From positions 72,620-136,619 of the forward strand of contig CALXPU010000001.1 in NCBI GenBank assembly GCA_944390455.1: a stretch of DNA of 64,000 nucleotides, written 5' to 3'. How positions within the stretch are numbered: position 1 is the first letter of the stretch; each line of letters begins with the position of its first letter. The position numbers and the translations under genes are program-made. Shown piece after piece: positions 58,587-64,000 of this stretch. Under the pieces are notes generated by a model, which was not told where the DNA came from, did no database searches, and saw nothing but the letters and a program-made list of their open reading frames with translations. This DNA is from an uncultured Alphaproteobacteria bacterium (GTDB taxonomy: Bacteria; Pseudomonadota; Alphaproteobacteria; RF32; CAG-239).

Positions 58587-61500
58587 ATGAAAGATCCAAA
58601 GTTCGTACATTTAAGAGTTCATACAGCTTACTCTCTGGCTGAGGGGGCTATTATGCTGCCAACTCTGATACATAAGCTACATGATATGGGAGTTCCTGCT
58701 GTTGCTGTAACGGATAGTGCGAATATGTTTGGAGGAAAGGCTTTTTCCAAATATGCTTCCGAGGAAGGTATTAAGCCGATTTTAGGTTGTCAGTTTTTAT
58801 TGAGAAATGCTGATTCTGATGACTTGATGAAGTCTAAAGGTAAAGAACTTGAACCAGATAAAATTGTTTTGTTGGTTATGAATGCTACCGGTTATGGTAA
58901 TATTATGAAGTTGATGAAACGTTTTTATCTGGATAATACGGAAAAGGGATGGGCTCCTCAGTTAACTTTAGAAAATTTAGAGAATTTTAATGAAGGTTTA
59001 ATTGCTCTGACTGGCGGTGTTGAGGGGACAATAGGTCGTTTATTACTTGAAAATAGAAAAGATGATGCAGAAAATTTTACAGTTAAACTAAAGGAAATCT
59101 TTGGCGATAGATTGTATATGGAAATTTCGCGAATCGGTTTAGATAAAGAAAAGCAAACTGAAGAGGATTTTATAAATTTAGCCTATAAATATGATATTCC
59201 TTTAGTTGCTACAAATGAAGTTTTCTTTTTAGATGAAGATATGTATGAGGCTCATGACGCTCTTGTATGTATTTCTGCCGGTGAATATGTGGCTAATGAG
59301 AACAGACGTAAATTTTCTATCAATAATCGATTGCGCTCTGAAGCTGAAATGGTTGAGCTTTTTTCTGATTTACCGGAAGCTGCAAACAATACTGTCAGAA
59401 TTGCAAAACTTTGTAATTTCTTGTCTAAAAAAGTTAATCCGTTGTTACCTATTTTTGAGTGTCCTCAGGGTAAAACGCAAGATGAATTTATTACAGAAGA
59501 GGCTTATAGAGGTTTGGATGAACGCTTGAAAAAAGCTGTTTATTTTGAAGGAATGACCGAGGAACAAAAGGCTGATATAGACGAGCGGTATTATGCTCGC
59601 TTAGAGTATGAGCTGAGTGTTATTAAAAAAATGGGATTCCCTGGTTATTTCTTAATCGTGTCAGACTTTATTAAGTGGTCAAAAGGACATGGGGTTCCAG
59701 TGGGACCGGGGCGTGGTTCCGGTGCGGGGTCTATTGTTGCTTGGTCTTTGAAGGTTACAGAACTTGATCCTTTGAAGTTAGATTTACTTTTTGAACGTTT
59801 CTTAAATCCTGAACGTGTTAACATGCCGGACTTTGACGTCGACTTTTGCCAAGAGAATCGTTACAAAACGATTGAATATGTGCAAAGAAAATATGGATTT
59901 GATCATGTGGCGCAAATTATTACTTATGGTAAGTTGCAGTCAAAGGCTGTCATCAGAGATGTGGCTCGCGTATTGCAGATGCCATATTCTCAAGCTGATA
60001 AAATTTCTAAAATGATACCAGCTGGCGCACAAGGTAAGAATCCGACTTTACCTGAAGCTTTGGAACAGGTTCCTGAATTAGAAGAATTGAGGCAAAATGA
60101 TCCTCAAGTTAATAAGTTATTTGAAATAGCTATTAAGTTGGAAGGGTTATATCGTAACTCCGGTATGCATGCGGCAGGTGTGGTTATTGGTGATAGGCCT
60201 CTGGAAGAATTGGTTCCTTTATATAAAGATCCTAGAGCAGATATGCCGGTGACAATGTATGATATGAAATATGTTGAAGAAACCGGATTGATTAAATTTG
60301 ACTTTTTAGGGTTGAAAACTTTGACGGTTATTCAACGTGCCGTTGATTGGATTAAGAAGGCTCAGGGAATCGATTTGGATATGGAAGCTGTTCCGCTAGA
60401 TGATCCAGAAACTTATAGAATGTTGCAGGAAGGGCGAACAACTGCAGTTTTCCAATTTGAATCGGCGGGTATGAAAGATGTGCATAAACAGATTAAACCG
60501 GATAGATTTGAAGACTTAATTGCTATTGTGTCGCTGTATCGTCCAGGCCCTATGGATAATATTCCTACTTTTATTAAACGTAAACACGGTGAAGAAGAGA
60601 TTCAATATTTACACCCTAAACTTGAGCCGATTTTGAAAGAAACTTATGGTATTATGGTTTATCAAGAGCAAGTTATGATGATTGCTCGAGAGTTGGGCGG
60701 ATATACTATGGGTGGCGCAGATAAACTCAGAAAAGTTATGGGTAAAAAAATGCGCGATGAGATTCCAAAGCAACGTATTATGTTTACGGAAGGTGCTATT
60801 AAAAATGGTATTGATGAAGAAGTTGCTAAAAGTATTTTTGACCAAATGGAAAAGTTTGCGTCTTATGGTTTTAATAAATCTCACGCAGCTGCATATTCGT
60901 TGGTTTCTTATCAGACAGCTTATTTAAAAGCTCACTTTCCGGTTGAATTTATGTGTGCGGTTATGGATTTGGATATTACCAATACGGATAAATTGGCAGG
61001 CTTTAAAGCTGAATGCAAAGCAATGGGAATCGAGGTGTTAAAACCTGATGTTAATGAGTCTTTGGCTAAATTTAGTGTTCAAAATGGTAAATTGCGCTAT
61101 GCTCTAGGGGCAATTAAAGGTGTTGGCGAATCCAATATGAATGCTATTGTTGAAGCAAGAGAGAAGGGCGGCAAATTTAAGGATATTTCCGATTTTATTA
61201 ATAGAGTTGATGCAAAACAGCTTAATCGTAAACAATTAGAACAATTAATAAAGGCGGGTGCGTTTGATAGTATTGATAAAAAAAGAGGTAAGCTGTTTGC
61301 AAATATTGATACAATTCTTAAAAATATTTCATCTGCAACAGAAATGAAAACGAGTGCACAATCTTCGTTGTTTGGAGCAGAGGAATATTCTTCTAAAGTT
61401 AAACTTTCTGATGCGCCGGATTGGCCAGATTTGGAGAAATTGCGTCTTGAGGCTGGGGCAATTGGTTTTTATTTATCAGCCCATCCTTTAGATGTTTATG

Positions 61501-62060
61501 CGGATAGTATGAAAAAACTTGGTGTTAAAACCTGTCAGGAAGTTATGTCAAATATTCGGGTTGGTGATAGCATTAAAGCAAATATTGCTGGGTGTGTGGA
61601 GAACTTCCAAAAACGATTGAGTAAAAGTGGTAATAAATATGCTTTCTTGGGGCTTTCTGATACAACTGGAAATTTTGAGGGAATGCTGTTTTCTGATGGG
61701 TTGGCTAAGTATGAGGATGTTATTACTTCGGGCTGTCCTCTTTTAGTTAAGGTTACAATTAATAAGCAATCTGAAGAAGAAAATCCGCGAATTATGATTA
61801 ATAGCGTTAAAACACTTGATGAGGCTATTGCGGAACAAGCAAAAGGATTGATTATTGAAGTGGCTAATGTTGCAGCAGTTCCTGAGATTAAAAAGGTTTT
61901 ATATTCTGATATAAGAGGTTTGAATAAAGTTTATATTGAGCCCGAATTAGATGATTGGGATGTTCGTATTGAATTAGATGGTGGATTTGCTTTTTCGGAT
62001 AGTATGATGTTGACTAAACTTAAAAGTATTCCAGGGGTTTCTGCAGTTAAAGAAATATAA
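58587..62060 (+). CDS. dnaE: DNA polymerase III alpha subunit
   Basis: N-terminal PHP domain FVHLRVHTAYSL, polymerase core GxGRGSGAGS...PDFDVDF, 1157 aa. Confidence 0.96.
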   Translation: MKDPKFVHLRVHTAYSLAEGAIMLPTLIHKLHDMGVPAVAVTDSANMFGGKAFSKYASEEGIKPILGCQFLLRNADSDDLMKSKGKELEPDKIVLLVMNATGYGNIMKLMKRFYLDNTEKGWAPQLTLENLENFNEGLIALTGGVEGTIGRLLLENRKDDAENFTVKLKEIFGDRLYMEISRIGLDKEKQTEEDFINLAYKYDIPLVATNEVFFLDEDMYEAHDALVCISAGEYVANENRRKFSINNRLRSEAEMVELFSDLPEAANNTVRIAKLCNFLSKKVNPLLPIFECPQGKTQDEFITEEAYRGLDERLKKAVYFEGMTEEQKADIDERYYARLEYELSVIKKMGFPGYFLIVSDFIKWSKGHGVPVGPGRGSGAGSIVAWSLKVTELDPLKLDLLFERFLNPERVNMPDFDVDFCQENRYKTIEYVQRKYGFDHVAQIITYGKLQSKAVIRDVARVLQMPYSQADKISKMIPAGAQGKNPTLPEALEQVPELEELRQNDPQVNKLFEIAIKLEGLYRNSGMHAAGVVIGDRPLEELVPLYKDPRADMPVTMYDMKYVEETGLIKFDFLGLKTLTVIQRAVDWIKKAQGIDLDMEAVPLDDPETYRMLQEGRTTAVFQFESAGMKDVHKQIKPDRFEDLIAIVSLYRPGPMDNIPTFIKRKHGEEEIQYLHPKLEPILKETYGIMVYQEQVMMIARELGGYTMGGADKLRKVMGKKMRDEIPKQRIMFTEGAIKNGIDEEVAKSIFDQMEKFASYGFNKSHAAAYSLVSYQTAYLKAHFPVEFMCAVMDLDITNTDKLAGFKAECKAMGIEVLKPDVNESLAKFSVQNGKLRYALGAIKGVGESNMNAIVEAREKGGKFKDISDFINRVDAKQLNRKQLEQLIKAGAFDSIDKKRGKLFANIDTILKNISSATEMKTSAQSSLFGAEEYSSKVKLSDAPDWPDLEKLRLEAGAIGFYLSAHPLDVYADSMKKLGVKTCQEVMSNIRVGDSIKANIAGCVENFQKRLSKSGNKYAFLGLSDTTGNFEGMLFSDGLAKYEDVITSGCPLLVKVTINKQSEEENPRIMINSVKTLDEAIAEQAKGLIIEVANVAAVPEIKKVLYSDIRGLNKVYIEPELDDWDVRIELDGGFAFSDSMMLTKLKSIPGVSAVKEI

Positions 62061-62074
62061 AGAAAGGGGAGAAA

Positions 62075-62878
62075 ATGAGTGAAAAAATTGTAGCAAATGA
62101 TGAAGGTGAAATAGTTATACCGTTTTGGAAAGGATTTTTCTATCCTTTGCAGAAAATTGCTCAGTCTGGTAGAAAATTTTTTATTTTGACAATAAGTTTT
62201 GCTTTGATAGGGGCTTTATTTTCTTCTATTTTAGGGAGAACTTCTTTTTGTGGAATAGGAATTGAAGGACCGGGAATTTATTGCTCTTCTAATATTATTA
62301 ATCTTATACTTTCTTGTTTGATTTTTTTGCTTTGTTCAGGGATTTTTATATGTTCGTGGTATGAAGTTAGCGAAAATAATCAAAAGGTTACGATACGTGT
62401 TGGAAAAAAAGAACTTAAGGTTGCTGCTTTTGTTTTGGGATATTGTTGTTGCTGGGGTGGCTTGGCTTTAGTTTCGTATGTCTTAACGGTTAGAAAAGCT
62501 GTTCCAGATTGGAAAGAAGAAATGTTATTCTTTTTTGCAATGTCTTTGGTAATCTTATTTATTTTGTATTTGTTATTGAATGCAGTTATGCTTATTCGTT
62601 TTCTGCAAGGAAAAAAATGGTTATGTTTGCGTAAAGTTTTTTGGGTTATCTGGGATAATTTGTATAAACCTTTTGGATGGTTTTTTATTTATATTTTGTT
62701 TTTTACGTTATTTTTGAGAGATTTCTTAGCCTTTTTTGTAAGATATGAGGGATTTCCTGTTTGGTTGAGTGCTTTGGGGGGGGATTTTTCGTTTTACTTT
62801 GTGCTTTATAGTAGTATAGCAGTGTTTGTTTCTAATCTTTCGTATCAGAATAAGTACATTTATTTTGATGAGGATTAG
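62075..62878 (+). CDS. hypothetical Cys-rich polytopic membrane protein
   Basis: 6-7 hydrophobic helices with multiple Cys (CGIGIEGPGIYC, GYCCCWGG). No recognisable family. Convergent with sufD and overlaps it by 4 nt. Confidence 0.45.
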   Translation: MSEKIVANDEGEIVIPFWKGFFYPLQKIAQSGRKFFILTISFALIGALFSSILGRTSFCGIGIEGPGIYCSSNIINLILSCLIFLLCSGIFICSWYEVSENNQKVTIRVGKKELKVAAFVLGYCCCWGGLALVSYVLTVRKAVPDWKEEMLFFFAMSLVILFILYLLLNAVMLIRFLQGKKWLCLRKVFWVIWDNLYKPFGWFFIYILFFTLFLRDFLAFFVRYEGFPVWLSALGGDFSFYFVLYSSIAVFVSNLSYQNKYIYFDED

Positions 62879-64000
62879 AAACGCATTTCTGCTTGTATTT
62901 CTTCATTAGGAATGAGAGAGAGAATTTCATTTAAGTGAGCCTCTGTTAGGAGTTTTATGGCTTCTGTTTTGGTTATGCCTCTAGATGTTAGGTAAAATAA
63001 TTGTTCTTTATCTATCTCACCGCAGCTTGCACCATGTGAACATTTTACATCATCTGCGAATATTTCTAGTTCCGGTTTGCAGTTTAATTCAGCGTTGTCA
63101 TTGAGATATAAGGCTTTATGTAGTTGGTGGCCTTCTGTTTTTATGGCTAAAGGTGCAATATGTATTTTTCCTTGGAAAACAGCAGAGGAATCGTTTTCTA
63201 GTACTGCTTTGGCATATTGATTAGAGTATGTTTCTGGTTGTAGATGGTTTACATTTGTGGTAATGTCATTTAAACAATCTTTTTTTGCCTTATATGCGGA
63301 ATATACTTCTGCGGAAGCATTTGCTTGCTCTAGTTGAACATTTGTTTCTTGGCGGCAAATTTTTGCCCCGTTAGCAAGATAATATTGTTTATAAGATGCT
63401 TTATTTTGAATTTTTACGCAGTTCAGAGCAATGTGATAGCTATTTGTGCTTTCGTTTTGTTTTTTGTAGTGATAAAGTTGGCTATTGGGTTTTAAGTATA
63501 TCTCATTAACAATATTTGTGAGATATTTGTTGTCTTTATCGGAATGGAATTGTTCAAATATTTCTAAATGAGCGTTTTTTTCTAAAACAATGAGATTGTG
63601 AATATTGATTTGATATCCATCGCTATCGCTTTGTTTATATTTTATATATATCGGTTGTGAAATGTTTGTATCTTTTTCAACATAAATGCATACACCTTGT
63701 TCCAAATACGCGCCGTTTAAGGCTGCAAATGGATGTTCTTCTAAATTGAAACTGTTGAATAAATATTGCTTGTATTCCCCTTCATATAAAATTTCGGGTA
63801 GTGGCGTTATGTTTAGTCCTTTAGGTAGATCATATTCTTCAACATGTAGTTTTCCGTTACAGAAAGAAATTTCAATTTGTGAAGAATTGTCGTGATGGCA
63901 ACAGTTGCAATTGCAGGAGCATTGATGTTCTTCTGTGTTAACCTTAAAATTACTAGAAAGAATCGGTTTTATATTTGTATATTTCCATGCTTCTGTTTTT
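62875..64000 (-). CDS. sufD: Fe-S cluster assembly protein SufD (5' end runs off window end)
   Basis: Minus-strand ORF continues in frame through the TTG at 63705 to the window edge (...KTEAWKYTNIKPIL...GAYLEQGVCIYVEKD...). The C-terminal half shows the SufD/SufB beta-helix region (...DVKCSHGASCGEIDKEQLFYLTSRGI...). Confidence 0.8.
   Translation of the reverse strand, partial: KTEAWKYTNIKPILSSNFKVNTEEHQCSCNCNCCHHDNSSQIEISFCNGKLHVEEYDLPKGLNITPLPEILYEGEYKQYLFNSFNLEEHPFAALNGAYLEQGVCIYVEKDTNISQPIYIKYKQSDSDGYQINIHNLIVLEKNAHLEIFEQFHSDKDNKYLTNIVNEIYLKPNSQLYHYKKQNESTNSYHIALNCVKIQNKASYKQYYLANGAKICRQETNVQLEQANASAEVYSAYKAKKDCLNDITTNVNHLQPETYSNQYAKAVLENDSSAVFQGKIHIAPLAIKTEGHQLHKALYLNDNAELNCKPELEIFADDVKCSHGASCGEIDKEQLFYLTSRGITKTEAIKLLTEAHLNEILSLIPNEEIQAEMRF

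Overview
This is a 64-kb stretch of an AT-rich alphaproteobacterial chromosome, roughly 30-38% GC by eye, with Rhizobiales-like gene order. It is densely coding and mostly housekeeping. Recognisable genes include lpxC (partial), an RNase P RNA, glmM, tolQ-tolR-tolA, gpmI with an M23 peptidase, ctpA and rppH, and a Bat-like aerotolerance operon (batA/batB/batD). Further along are tsaE, an HprK C-domain protein, mlaEF, radA, cvpA, tyrS, anmK and a GldA/GldF/GldG-like ABC transporter. The conserved origin-proximal block parB-parA-rsmG-mnmG-mnmE-rho is present, followed by coaE-dnaQ-pgeF, ppdK, eno, dnaE and sufD (partial). No CRISPR array, tRNA, rRNA or intact prophage was seen. The only mobile-DNA trace is a 5'-truncated IS200/IS605 tnpA relic flanked by hairpins. 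The most unusual content is lineage-specific rather than a recognisable multi-gene system. Two opposite-strand insertions flank mnmE in the conserved block: an extremely AT-rich 448-aa orphan ORF and an acyltransferase-3 gene. Other unusual items are a block of secreted/membrane orphans upstream of tolQ, an aspartate-pair-less OmpR-type regulator next to a porin, a Bat operon with no adjacent MoxR/DUF58, a 1149-aa permease-GldG-DUF4340 fusion, and a cysteine-rich tail on PPDK. Coordinates of CDSs follow the supplied ORF track, trimmed to better-supported start codons where stated. Coordinates of small motifs are approximate (about +/-3 nt).
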